Assembly (NCBI GenBank): GCA_965215195.1
Contig: CBDCDC010000002.1
Coordinates: 2,048,001 to 2,112,000, forward strand
From: Candidatus Latescibacterota bacterium
Lineage (GTDB): Bacteria > Latescibacterota > UBA2968 > UBA8231
Direction of reading: 5' to 3'
Length of the DNA stretch: 64,000 nucleotides
In this document: piece by piece, positions 18,368-28,117 of the stretch
How the letters are laid out: each line of letters starts with the position of its first letter
Position numbering within the stretch: the first letter of the stretch is position 1
Notes under the pieces: model-generated
The model's database searches: none
The model's input: only the letters and a program-made list of their open reading frames with translations
What the model was told of the DNA's origin: nothing
Translations under genes and position numbers: made by a program

Positions 18368-20497
18368 ATGAATAGCTTAATCTCAAGAATTTTCAAAAAA
18401 AAGACCGAGTTGCAGAAAGCCCTTGATAAGTGCTCTCACTCGGCTCGCGAAGGATACCGGGTTGCAAAGGACAACCTTGACGGAATCAAGGTCGCTATAG
18501 ACAGGGTTTCGGAGGACTTGAAACAACAACTGGCAAGCCTGAACGATGGAAACGTCCAAACCTCTGACATTGAAAAGGAGACCCAAGAACAGCTACAAAA
18601 AGTGGTTTCGGAACTCTATTCGTTGCACGAGAAACAGGTGCGCGAAATAAAAGAGAACCATGTACGGTTGGACAAATTCTCTATTGCTCTCTTTGGCCGC
18701 ACGATGACAGGTAAGTCTACGTTGATGGAGATTTTGACTAACGGCGACGGTTCGTCCATCGGCAAGGGAGGCCAGCGCACGACCCGAGATGTGCGTAGTT
18801 ATGACTGGAAAGGACTCAAAATTACCGATGTGCCCGGTATAGCCGCATTTGAGGGTCGTGAGGACGAAGAAAAGGCATTTGAGGCCGCCGCTCAATCGGA
18901 CCTCGTGCTTTTCCTCATTACTGACGATGCGCCACAGGACGAGGAAGCAAAGTGCCTTGCACGTGTTCGATCACTCGGAAAACCGATTCTAGGTATTTGC
19001 AATGTTAAAACCGCTCTCAAAAATGCGGACGATGTAAGCCTTTTTCTGAGAAGGGATTGGTTCAAACGCAGACGAAAGGCTCTCGATGTTATCGTCCGGC
19101 AGTTCCACGAGTTTGCGGAAAAATATAGTCCGGGTAGCCGAATCCGCTTTGTTTACACTCATCTGCAATCAAAATTCCTATCTCAGCAGTCCGAGTACAA
19201 GACACAACAGAGCGAATTGGAACACGCGAGCTGCTTCAACGCTGTCGAAAAGCAAGTCGTCTCGGAAGTGGTCAGCCGTGGAACATTCTTGCGCTGGAAG
19301 AGCTTCATCGATGGTGCTGTTGTTCCAATGCTTGAGTTTAGCGAAAAATTGCTGGACTTTAGTGCTCAGAACTCGTCCAGTGGCAAAGTTCTCATCGCCA
19401 AGCGTCGCCAAGTCAAGTCATGGTCTGATGGCTTTCGCAAAAGTGGCGAGGAACGCATTGATACATTCATCAACAAAGAAATGAACTCGCTACGCGCTAA
19501 AATTCCGGGATTCGCGGAAGACAACTATGAGGCACAAGATGCTGGCAAGCGCTGGAATCGCTTAGTCAAGAATCAAGGCATAGAGCGAAAGGCAGAAAAA
19601 CTTGTCGATCAAATCCAGAATGAATGTAAATACGAACTGTCAGAGATCGGACGGCAACTTAAATCCGAACTGAATTTCGTCGATAAATTTGCTGGAGACC
19701 GCAGGATTAGCATGGACTCTATATTCGATGCAAAACGCGCTTGGAATTGGGGGATCGGACTTCTTTCTGGCGGGCTTGGTATTGCTGCTGCCATCCTTGC
19801 CAGCGGTCCTCTTGGCTGGATTGCGGCAGGAGTTGGATTGCTAGGGAGGTTCTTTTCTTGGCTTTTTGAGGACAGAGAGGAGAAGGCGAGAAAACAACGC
19901 AAGAAGCTCGAAAGCAAGCTCAAAAGTAATGTCAGCAAGATAGAACGTAACCTCCAAAAGGAACTTGGTGATTGGTTCGACCAAGACCTTCTCAAAAAGC
20001 AAGTCAATGTCCTTCTCCGAGACTTTCAGCCGATCATATCGAGCACTTTAGAACTGGCAGATAGGCAGAGGGACTTGGCTTGGAGAATCAACAAGCAGCA
20101 GAAAGAATTGCACCGCACTTTGCTCAACGAAGCGCTTGAGCAGCTTGGACACAGAGATAGTGGGAACCTCATATTGGATGTAGCGCGAACCCCTGGACTG
20201 GCGATCATGCTGCTGATTGAGCCTAAGACTACATTCCCAGAGGATGTGCGTAGGGATCTGAAGAAGATGCTTGGAGAAAATATCTGGTTTGTAGTCAATA
20301 CTCGCTACAAGAAATCAATTCTGTCCCAAGCCATTGGACGCGACTGTGATCCGAGCAAAGTCAGTATTGAATCAAAAATTCAAGTCGCACATGTGCCTGT
20401 AGGACAACTCGATGCGGTTGGTATCTCGCGAATACAACTCGCGCAGCAGTTGACCGAACTGCATGTCATGAAATCACAAGGAAGAAGTAACCAATGA
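18368..20497 (+). CDS. Dynamin-like/Era-like GTPase with coiled coils and a hydrophobic hairpin
   Basis: G1 GRTMTGKST, G3 DVPG, G4-like NVK; hydrophobic segment GIGLLSGGLGIAAAILASGPLGWIAAGVGLL; GGAG RBS before ATG 18368. Confidence 0.82.
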   Translation: MNSLISRIFKKKTELQKALDKCSHSAREGYRVAKDNLDGIKVAIDRVSEDLKQQLASLNDGNVQTSDIEKETQEQLQKVVSELYSLHEKQVREIKENHVRLDKFSIALFGRTMTGKSTLMEILTNGDGSSIGKGGQRTTRDVRSYDWKGLKITDVPGIAAFEGREDEEKAFEAAAQSDLVLFLITDDAPQDEEAKCLARVRSLGKPILGICNVKTALKNADDVSLFLRRDWFKRRRKALDVIVRQFHEFAEKYSPGSRIRFVYTHLQSKFLSQQSEYKTQQSELEHASCFNAVEKQVVSEVVSRGTFLRWKSFIDGAVVPMLEFSEKLLDFSAQNSSSGKVLIAKRRQVKSWSDGFRKSGEERIDTFINKEMNSLRAKIPGFAEDNYEAQDAGKRWNRLVKNQGIERKAEKLVDQIQNECKYELSEIGRQLKSELNFVDKFAGDRRISMDSIFDAKRAWNWGIGLLSGGLGIAAAILASGPLGWIAAGVGLLGRFFSWLFEDREEKARKQRKKLESKLKSNVSKIERNLQKELGDWFDQDLLKKQVNVLLRDFQPIISSTLELADRQRDLAWRINKQQKELHRTLLNEALEQLGHRDSGNLILDVARTPGLAIMLLIEPKTTFPEDVRRDLKKMLGENIWFVVNTRYKKSILSQAIGRDCDPSKVSIESKIQVAHVPVGQLDAVGISRIQLAQQLTELHVMKSQGRSNQ

Positions 20498-22215
20498 AAA
20501 CTTTAGAACTTCAGCAATGGACCCAAAAAGGGCAGGCACTAATCGAGAAAGCCGAAAAGGTTCTCAAAGATGCACCTTTTGGCAAAGTACGAGAGCTTGC
20601 CCAACGGGTTCCGAGAGAAGTTGCACCGCCTGGTAAAGCTGTTCATGTAGTCTTTGCCGGCCAATACAGTGCAGGTAAGTCTTCAATTCTCAAGGTTATG
20701 ACGGGACGCGAGGACATAAAAGTTGGGGCCGATATTACGACTCAACAGGTGCAACAGCTCGACTGGAACGGCATCAAGGTGATAGACACACCGGGCGTCC
20801 ATACGGAGATACGCCCCGACCACGACAAAATAACGTACGAGGCGATCAGTAAAGCCGACCTTTTGGTCTTTGTTGTCACCAACGAACTATTTGACGCCCA
20901 TATCGCGGGGCATTTCAGGAAACTCGCTATTGAGCGGGGAAAAGCCCACGAGATGCTGTTGGTCGTCAACAAGATGCAACGACATGCCGAGGGAAATACA
21001 CCAGCGGCGCAGGACGTGATTCGGGAAGATGTCCGAAAAGTCCTCGTACCGTTCACCCCGGAACAGCTTCGCCTGTCTTTTGTGGATGCCGAGGCTGCGC
21101 TTGAGGCCCGTGCAGAGCAAGACGAAGAATTCCGCAGAATCTTCCACAAGAGAAGTGGTTTTGACGACTTCTTCGATAGTTTCAATGCGTTCGTGGAAGA
21201 GAAGAGACTCGCCGCACGTTATACAACATCACTCTATACGCTCGAACAGGTGCTTCAAGAGGCCCTCGCTGCTGAGTCGAGCGATGATGTCGATGTGGAT
21301 GCCTTGCAAGAATTGCTTAATCAGCAAAGACGTGCATTAGTGAATGGTAAGGCACAGCTTTCGCAGGCAGCGGAAAGTAAGATCCAACAGACAGTATCCA
21401 AGATTCGGGAGGAAGGACGAAAGGCTGCCGACCTAATTCGCGAAGGTGCCGACTCAGAGGCTGTCAATCGGCAATTAACGGCTGCCCAAGAGCGCACTGC
21501 AACACAGGCGGACGAGCTGTCGGGTCTCATTGAAAAAACGATGGAAGAGGGTATCGGCGATCTCGGTAAGCGGGTGGGGCAAATCGCGGAGAGCGAATTA
21601 GCCAAAGAGTTGCTGTCGAGACTTAGAGAAAGAATCCAAGGTCTCGATATTGATCCAGCGACGTCGTCTAACATGAGACAAGTTGGAGATATGACCCGCC
21701 GACTTGGGAGGTTCCTCGTAAAAAATTCGTTTACCTCCACAACCGCGACCTTCTCTGATCTGTTCAAACTCAACCAGTATTCGGGCACAGCAACTCACGG
21801 CATGGTTAAATCCATTGGTCACTTCTTTGGGAAGTCCTTTAAGCCGTGGGAGGCGGTAAAGTGGACGCGTAACATCGCAAATGCGGCTCGGGGTTTGGCC
21901 GTAGTAGGCACTGTTGTGAGCATTGTGGCTCAGATCAAAGAAGACGCCGATGCTGCCAAGCTAGAACAGGACTTGCGCGAAGGCCGGGCGGAGGTGCGGG
22001 CGGGATTTGATGAAGCCGCCCACGCAGTTGAACTCCATTACGATAAAGCGACTGACACTTATGTGGATCAAACCATCGGCAAGCGCATTGCGAAGATAGA
22101 TGAGGAACTTGAAGAACTCAGAAACATGCAGGAATCCCGCAGCGGTCTCTTCCAAGAACTCAATGGTTTGTTAGAAGATACTAGGGGACTTATTGCGGAA
22201 ATGCACTCGTCGTAA
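20494..22215 (+). CDS. Second dynamin-like GTPase (LeoA/DLP-like)
   Basis: G1 GQYSAGKSS, DTPG, NKMQ; helical C-terminus with a hydrophobic patch; ATGA overlap with the upstream gene. Confidence 0.82.
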   Translation: MKTLELQQWTQKGQALIEKAEKVLKDAPFGKVRELAQRVPREVAPPGKAVHVVFAGQYSAGKSSILKVMTGREDIKVGADITTQQVQQLDWNGIKVIDTPGVHTEIRPDHDKITYEAISKADLLVFVVTNELFDAHIAGHFRKLAIERGKAHEMLLVVNKMQRHAEGNTPAAQDVIREDVRKVLVPFTPEQLRLSFVDAEAALEARAEQDEEFRRIFHKRSGFDDFFDSFNAFVEEKRLAARYTTSLYTLEQVLQEALAAESSDDVDVDALQELLNQQRRALVNGKAQLSQAAESKIQQTVSKIREEGRKAADLIREGADSEAVNRQLTAAQERTATQADELSGLIEKTMEEGIGDLGKRVGQIAESELAKELLSRLRERIQGLDIDPATSSNMRQVGDMTRRLGRFLVKNSFTSTTATFSDLFKLNQYSGTATHGMVKSIGHFFGKSFKPWEAVKWTRNIANAARGLAVVGTVVSIVAQIKEDADAAKLEQDLREGRAEVRAGFDEAAHAVELHYDKATDTYVDQTIGKRIAKIDEELEELRNMQESRSGLFQELNGLLEDTRGLIAEMHSS

Positions 22216-22244
22216 GCGAGTTAATACGGGAGTACGCTCTCCAC

Positions 22245-22284
22245 AAGAAGGCTCAGGTCCCACTTGCAGGACCTGAGCCTTCTT
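22245..22284. repeat. Perfect 16-bp inverted repeat hairpin between convergent genes
   Basis: AAGAAGGCTCAGGTCC-8nt-GGACCTGAGCCTTCTT. Confidence 0.85.
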
Positions 22285-22301
22285 ATGGACCTTTGCTTAT
22301 G

Positions 22302-22335
22302 GGCCCCGCCCTTGCCCGGCGGGCCTTTTTATTTT
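22302..22335 (+). terminator. Probable intrinsic terminator
   Basis: GC stem GGCCCCGCC...GGCGGGCC followed by TTTTTATTTT. Confidence 0.6.
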
Positions 22336-23116
22336 ACCGCCTCCAGACGCTCGTCCGCAGCCCTTCGATGCCTTCGGACAAGGCGCGGCGATAGAGCCAC
22401 AAGTCGCCGCCATACGCTATGCAGCGGAAGCCTCGGCGCAGCATCTCCGTTCCTTCCTCGATGGTATTGACCAAGTAGCCAGCGGCTTTGCCTTGGCGCT
22501 CGCAGGCCGCGACGACGCGGTCGAGGGCGGCGGTGAATTCGGGGTGGTCAAACTGCCCGGGAAGCCCCAAGAAGTTGCTCAAGTCAAACCCCCCTATCCA
22601 CAGCACATCAATCCCTTCTACGGCGGCAATGCGATCGACGTTTTCGAGCCCAGGGCGGTTTTCGATCTGAGCGATTAGCAGGCCCTCGGCGTTGGCGTGT
22701 TCGATCTTGCCGACGATGGCGCCTTGGGCGAAGTGGTCGTGGGCGATTTGAAAAGCTGCGCCGCGCTGGCCAATGGGCGGGTACTTACCCGACTGCACGA
22801 TGACCTCGGTCTGCTGCGCGTCGCTAATCATCGGCACCATGACGCCGCGGGCCCCGACGTCGAGGACGCGGGCGATGAAGTGGTATTGGGTCGCCGGCAC
22901 CCGCACCAAAGGCTCAATGTGATCGGCATTGGTAGTGGCAATCAGGTCGCGCACCGTCTCGACGCTCCAGCCGGTGTGCTCCATGTCGTACATAATGAAT
23001 TCGGCACCAGCTTCGGCAGAGAGACGGGCAATGCCCGGGGTACAAAACTCAAAGGTCATAGTGCCAATGACCGTGCCGCCCTCTTTGAGGGTGCGTTTGA
23101 CTTTGTTGGGTTTCAT
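22334..23116 (-). CDS. HpcH/HpaI aldolase family protein
   Basis: YDMEH, LVRVP, LDVGARGVMVP, AQIE, WIGGFDLS. Confidence 0.92.
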   Translation of the reverse strand: MKPNKVKRTLKEGGTVIGTMTFEFCTPGIARLSAEAGAEFIMYDMEHTGWSVETVRDLIATTNADHIEPLVRVPATQYHFIARVLDVGARGVMVPMISDAQQTEVIVQSGKYPPIGQRGAAFQIAHDHFAQGAIVGKIEHANAEGLLIAQIENRPGLENVDRIAAVEGIDVLWIGGFDLSNFLGLPGQFDHPEFTAALDRVVAACERQGKAAGYLVNTIEEGTEMLRRGFRCIAYGGDLWLYRRALSEGIEGLRTSVWRR

Positions 23117-24156
23117 CCGATAGCTCGATAGCGATTCAGTTTTTCTTTAAGACGGGAGTGCTCGGCAGCTTGGGGGTTGACGAGGTGCTGGGGCAGGCGA
23201 CCGGAGGCCACCGCTAGGATGCTGCGGCAGGCACTGCGGCCGATGAGGCGGAAGCACTCGTCGGTCCAGCAAAGCCCGTGCGGGGCGACGATGGTCTGGT
23301 CGGTGAGTGCCAGCACCGGCTCGTCCTGGGGTACAGGCTCTGTTTCAAAGACGTCGAGGCCGGCACCGGCGATCTGCCCCCGTTGGAGGGCGCGGGTGAG
23401 TGCTTGCTGATCGACGATGGGGCCACGGGCCGCGTTGATGAGGTAGGCGTTTTCCTTCATCAGTGCGAGCTCGCGCTCGCCGATGAGGTGATGGGTCTCT
23501 TCGGTGAGCGCACAGCAGATGCAGACGTAGTCTGCGCGTTGCAGCAACTGGTCGAGCGCGACCAGTTCCGCCCCAGCAGCGTGCGCCTGTGCAGCATCGA
23601 CAAAAGGGTCGGCGGCAATGCAGCGGATGCCAAAGGGCTTGGCTAAGGTGCAGATCTCGCGGCCGATATTCCCTAGGCCGACCAGTCCCAGCGTGCGACC
23701 CGTGACGCCCATGCCCATGTAGTCGAGGCGCTCGTTCCAACGCCCTTCGCGCACCAAGCGGTCCTTGGCCAGCATCTTGTGGCTAAGGGCCAAGAGGTAC
23801 GTCAGCGCCATGACCGCCACTGGCCGGCGCACGCCGTCGGGGGTGATCGTCAAGAGCACGCCCCGCTCATTGCAAGCCGCGACGTCGACGCTGTCGTAGC
23901 CGACGCCGAAGCGGGCGACGATCGCCAGCTTATCTGCTCCTTGCAAGGTCTCGGCGCTAATTATGGAAGCGAGAACCAGCAGGCCATCGTAGCCGCGGAT
24001 CTGGTCGGGGCGCAGTTCGGTGGTATTTTCCGCTAAAAACTCCCACTCGACCGTTGGGGATTCGTCGAGCAGGTCGAGACCAATATCGCCGAAGCCGAGG
24101 GTGCCGTCGGCCTTGAGAAAGTCCCGGGTGACGCCTATGCGAAAGGTTGTAGCCAT
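23113..24156 (-). CDS. D-isomer-specific 2-hydroxyacid dehydrogenase
   Basis: RFGVGYD, GLGNIG, LINAARGPIVD, AGLDVFE.EP, APH. Confidence 0.93.
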   Translation of the reverse strand: MATTFRIGVTRDFLKADGTLGFGDIGLDLLDESPTVEWEFLAENTTELRPDQIRGYDGLLVLASIISAETLQGADKLAIVARFGVGYDSVDVAACNERGVLLTITPDGVRRPVAVMALTYLLALSHKMLAKDRLVREGRWNERLDYMGMGVTGRTLGLVGLGNIGREICTLAKPFGIRCIAADPFVDAAQAHAAGAELVALDQLLQRADYVCICCALTEETHHLIGERELALMKENAYLINAARGPIVDQQALTRALQRGQIAGAGLDVFETEPVPQDEPVLALTDQTIVAPHGLCWTDECFRLIGRSACRSILAVASGRLPQHLVNPQAAEHSRLKEKLNRYRAIG

Positions 24157-24353
24157 GGCGACAAACAAGATACGGCCTGATGGGCAGCTATCAAGGGGAG
24201 AGTCGGCTGTATAGGGCAGGAATCACATTGTCTGCCATTCGATACAGAAAAGGGCGACACAACAACGACCCCGCCAGAGAAAAAAGGTGGTCCGCATTTT
24301 GCTTATCCATTCCTATCGCTTACTTTTAACCCCACTTGAGGAGCCATAGTGTG

Positions 24354-24941
24354 ATGACCCCTGAAATATCTGAGATAACCACCCGCGACGTGTTGCAGCA
24401 GATCAACCGCCGCTTGGAGCTGATTGAAAGCGACGTGCGAGTCGTCAGTGAGAAGTTAGATGTGTCGGCTCAGACCCTGCGCGATGAGAATGCCGCGTCG
24501 TATCGGAGCCTGAATGAGAAATGGGATGCGTCGGTTCAGACCCTGCACGAGAAAATCGACACCTCGGCTCAGGGGCTGGATGAGAAGCGAGAAGCATCGG
24601 CTCAGACCCTGCACGAGAAAATCGACACCTCGGTTCAGACGCTGCGCGATGAGAATGCCGCGTCGTATCGGAGCCTGAATGAGAAGTGGGATGCGTCGGT
24701 TCAGACGCTACGCGATGAGAGCGCCGCATCGGTTCAGACCCTGCACGAGAAAATCGACACCTCGGCTCAGGGGCTGGATGAGAAGCGAGAAGCATCGGCT
24801 CAGACGCTAAATGATAAGATCGACACGTCGGTTCAAAAGCTCCACGAGAAGATCGACACCTATTTCCGCTGGACCATCGGCATCGTACTCGCTAGCTGGT
24901 TGTCCACCATGGGCGCGATCCTGTTCAAGGGATCCTTGTAG
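24354..24941 (+). CDS. Coiled-coil 11-residue repeat protein with a C-terminal TM helix (DUF1640/apolipoprotein-like)
   Basis: GAGGAG RBS; 12 hendecad repeats; C-terminal FRWTIGIVLASWLSTMGAILF. Confidence 0.75.
   Translation: MTPEISEITTRDVLQQINRRLELIESDVRVVSEKLDVSAQTLRDENAASYRSLNEKWDASVQTLHEKIDTSAQGLDEKREASAQTLHEKIDTSVQTLRDENAASYRSLNEKWDASVQTLRDESAASVQTLHEKIDTSAQGLDEKREASAQTLNDKIDTSVQKLHEKIDTYFRWTIGIVLASWLSTMGAILFKGSL
24465..24860 (+). repeat. Intragenic tandem array of 12 x 33 bp
   Basis: Units SxQTLRDExAA, SYRSLNEKWDA, SxQTLHEKIDT and SAQGLDEKREA recur nearly identically at DNA level. Confidence 0.92.
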
Positions 24942-24988
24942 CCGACCCTTTCTCCCAACTCCTGCGATCACCTGCACATACCGCCTCG

Positions 24989-26521
24989 CTAGTCGTGCCG
25001 CAGCTCCTCGCGCTCCATCCACAAGCGCAAGATGCGCGGCGATTGCCGCAGATAGTAGAGATAGGGCCGGTCCTGCCAATGCTTTTTGGCGGTGCGCTTG
25101 TTGTCGTGCGGGTGCATGTTGTACTTCCCCCGATAATCGACGACGGTCTTTTTGTGGTTGTCGAGGGCAATGGTCAGAACGCGCTGCGGCAGCTTGGCCG
25201 GGTAGGTTAGCTGCATCGACCACACCGATCGCTCGCCCTCCGAGCAACGCCGGGCATACGAGGCGGCGCAGTGGTGCATGACGCGCCCTTCGGCTAGCAG
25301 GTCGAGCGCGGTGCGCAACTCGCGTATCGACCATCGGACGCGCTCGCCCGAGAATGCGTCTTCTTCCTCCCACTCGAATCCGCGAAAGCCAGACGTCTCC
25401 CACGCCTCTTCCTCGCCGAGGGCGTAGTCGTCGGCGTTGAGGTCGCCGTGCCACTCGTCGACCAAGCGCAGCAGCTTGGTGATGCTGCGGCCTTTCATCG
25501 AGAAGTTGGGCTGAGCCGGCGGCCCCTCAATGAGCTGGCCGTTGGGGCCGGGCAACTGCTGGGGCACGAACTTCTGGTAGTGGATATAATCGACAATTGG
25601 GCCGATGTAGGTGGGTTCCAGCATGGGTTGGTTGGCAAAAAAGAGCATCACCGTCTCCCAGAACGGCTCGTCTCGCTGGTAGTCCTTCAGCCGCGTGGAT
25701 AAAACGGCCCAATGCGTGCGTCCGCGTCCACCCATGCCGGCGAATTGCGCCCAGCGCAGGGCGCGCGCAATCGGCCAGTGCCGATTGGCGGTGGGAAAAA
25801 CGTGCGCCATGCGCTTGGTCAGCCGCAGCGGCAGATCGGCCTTGCGGATGTTCTGGCCGATGCCGATGTGCTTGAACCACTCCTGCTCGCGGTGCGCGGT
25901 CGAAAGGTCTCCTTGGAGGAAAGCGGTGTCCATAAAGGGCGGCACCTCGTAGCGGGCCAGCAGATGCCGAGTGAGGCTGCGAAACTGCGCCCGAGGGTTG
26001 AGGAGGTCGGTGCGCCACTCCTCGACGGGCCGCAGCCAGTCGCCGTAGTGGCGGGCGAGTTGACCGAGCGCGTCCTCGTAGTTGTTGCCCTCTTCGCGCG
26101 TCCGATTGAGGAATCCCGTTTTGAGGCCGAGGAGGTCGGCGCGTCGCTCTACGTGCTTGAGCAGGCGGTAGAGAGCTTGACGGCACTTGGAGTCTTCGGC
26201 CGCGGCAAAGAGCGCGACGAGTTTCCGGCTGAGCGGATACGTCTCATCCGGGGGGATTTCGCTGCGGAAGGCCCGGTCAATGAGGCGGGCGCGTCCCGGG
26301 GTGTGGCCGCGGCCAGGGTGCGGCGCGACCGGCCGCAAGGTGTCGGCGGCGAGCTGGCGCTCCATTGCGAGCTGGCTCTCGGTTTTGTCGCGCTGGATCG
26401 CTAGGCCGTTTTTGCGGCACCAAATGATATAGCTCGAAAGGGACGGGAAGCCGAGCGTTGCGGCGTAGTGCCGGAGGGCGTCGTCAAACGCTGGGCGGGC
26501 CGATGCAGTCGTCATGGGCAC
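24989..26521 (-). CDS. PcfJ domain-containing protein
   Basis: C-terminal ELRTALDLLAEGRVMHHCAASY...SVWSM...LTI motif. Confidence 0.82.
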   Translation of the reverse strand: MPMTTASARPAFDDALRHYAATLGFPSLSSYIIWCRKNGLAIQRDKTESQLAMERQLAADTLRPVAPHPGRGHTPGRARLIDRAFRSEIPPDETYPLSRKLVALFAAAEDSKCRQALYRLLKHVERRADLLGLKTGFLNRTREEGNNYEDALGQLARHYGDWLRPVEEWRTDLLNPRAQFRSLTRHLLARYEVPPFMDTAFLQGDLSTAHREQEWFKHIGIGQNIRKADLPLRLTKRMAHVFPTANRHWPIARALRWAQFAGMGGRGRTHWAVLSTRLKDYQRDEPFWETVMLFFANQPMLEPTYIGPIVDYIHYQKFVPQQLPGPNGQLIEGPPAQPNFSMKGRSITKLLRLVDEWHGDLNADDYALGEEEAWETSGFRGFEWEEEDAFSGERVRWSIRELRTALDLLAEGRVMHHCAASYARRCSEGERSVWSMQLTYPAKLPQRVLTIALDNHKKTVVDYRGKYNMHPHDNKRTAKKHWQDRPYLYYLRQSPRILRLWMEREELRHD

Positions 26522-26624
26522 TTTCCTGAGAAGGGCTAAGAAGTAAAAGGCGCGGAAAGAGCGTAATCATGTCAACGAGAAAATTTAAGAGCGGCCTCGT
26601 CCGTTTTGATTTTGCGGCAAGGCA

Positions 26625-27956
26625 CTACGCGCCAATGCGCTCCAAAGCCACGGCCGCGTTGGCACGGGCGTAGCGGTCCTCGTCGTCGATGTTTTTGCGC
26701 AGTGCGGGCACAGCCTCGGCAGCGGCCGGACCGATCTTGGCCAGCGAGAGTGCGGCGTTGTGGCGGATCCAGCTCTCGCAATCTCGCAGACGACGGCTCA
26801 GTGCGGGCACGGCTTCGGCAGCGGCCGGACCGATATTGCCCAGTGCTTCAACCGCGTTGCGCCGCACCCACTCGGCCTCGTCGTCGAGGGCGCAGGTGAG
26901 ATGAGGCACAGTGTCGCTGGCCGCGGTACCCAAGTCGCCGAGCACATCGGCGGCCGCGGCGCGGACCCACCAGTCGTTTTCGTCGAGCAGTTCCACCATG
27001 TGGGGCACAGCCGGGCGGCCGATAGCGGAAAGGGCGAAGACCGCGTCGAGCTGGCTGGGGTTGGTGTGTTCGTTGGCTAGGTTGGCTTCGAGACGCGCAG
27101 CGGCCTCGCTGCACAGCGCGTTCAAGAGGACGGGCATTGCTTCCTCGCCGCGAGCGGCCAAAGCATATACGGCGCGCAGCCGCTCGGCTTCGGCTTCGGC
27201 GTCTAGGGCCTGACGCAACGACTCGAGCGAAACCGCCGTTGGGGCTGCGGTGGCATCGGTGCCGCGCATCCAGTCGTAGACGCGGCCGCACAGGTCGGCG
27301 GGCGGGTCGGTGCCTTCAGATCGCCAGGTGCCGTCGCGCTGGTCCCACGAGGGGCCCCGCGGCTCGCCCATGCGGGTGAAGAGAAACTTGACCATGAAGC
27401 GGTCGCGGTCGCTGGCGTTGGGCATGGCCCGGTGCCAGAGGTCGTAGTGGACGATGGTCGCCGTTCCGGCCCGGCCGCAGAGGGGCTGTTCTTCCCGCTC
27501 GTAGGCTTGTTTAGACGAATTGTAGTACTGGGTGGCCGGCAAAATCGCGGTCGGTCCCATGTCCAAACTGACGTCCTGCGGATAGTAGAAGGCCATGGTC
27601 CAGCGAGTGCGGTGGTGGCGGACGTTCTGGTCGTTTTCATAGCTGTCTTGGTGCATACCTTGGCCTTTGGACCCGCTGGGATTGTGGTGGCAGTGGCGGT
27701 GTGGGTGGATGAGGTAGGAGGGGCCGAGGAGGCTCTGGAGAGCACCGTCAACAGCGGGATCGCGGAGGATTTGGTATAGGTCCGGGATCTTGGGGAGGAT
27801 GTCGTTGCCGGGATTGCCTTCGGTGGCGAAGAGGGTTTCGATTTGACGGTGGATACTTTGGTGGAGCGCAGGCGGGGGAGCGGTTTGCACGGTGATATAG
27901 CCATTGGTCAGGTAGGCTTGGACTTGGGCGTCGGTTAGGAGGATAGGTGCGGGCAT
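26625..27956 (-). CDS. PhyH dioxygenase fused to HEAT (PBS-lyase) repeats
   Basis: N-terminal HQD...HYDLWHR; C-terminal repeats VRxxAAxALGxIGPAAAEAVPAL. Confidence 0.88.
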   Translation of the reverse strand: MPAPILLTDAQVQAYLTNGYITVQTAPPPALHQSIHRQIETLFATEGNPGNDILPKIPDLYQILRDPAVDGALQSLLGPSYLIHPHRHCHHNPSGSKGQGMHQDSYENDQNVRHHRTRWTMAFYYPQDVSLDMGPTAILPATQYYNSSKQAYEREEQPLCGRAGTATIVHYDLWHRAMPNASDRDRFMVKFLFTRMGEPRGPSWDQRDGTWRSEGTDPPADLCGRVYDWMRGTDATAAPTAVSLESLRQALDAEAEAERLRAVYALAARGEEAMPVLLNALCSEAAARLEANLANEHTNPSQLDAVFALSAIGRPAVPHMVELLDENDWWVRAAAADVLGDLGTAASDTVPHLTCALDDEAEWVRRNAVEALGNIGPAAAEAVPALSRRLRDCESWIRHNAALSLAKIGPAAAEAVPALRKNIDDEDRYARANAAVALERIGA

Positions 27957-28117
27957 GAGGCTGGCCTTTTTGCTGTAGAGAAGGATAAATGCGCTGGGAA
28001 AAAATAACGATAATTGGCCATGCAGATTGCAAGCGACGCTGGCACAAACAGCTTTCGTGCTTGACGCCGGTTAAGTAGATTCGAGGCGACAGAACTCGCT
28101 CTATAAAGGAACAAAAA

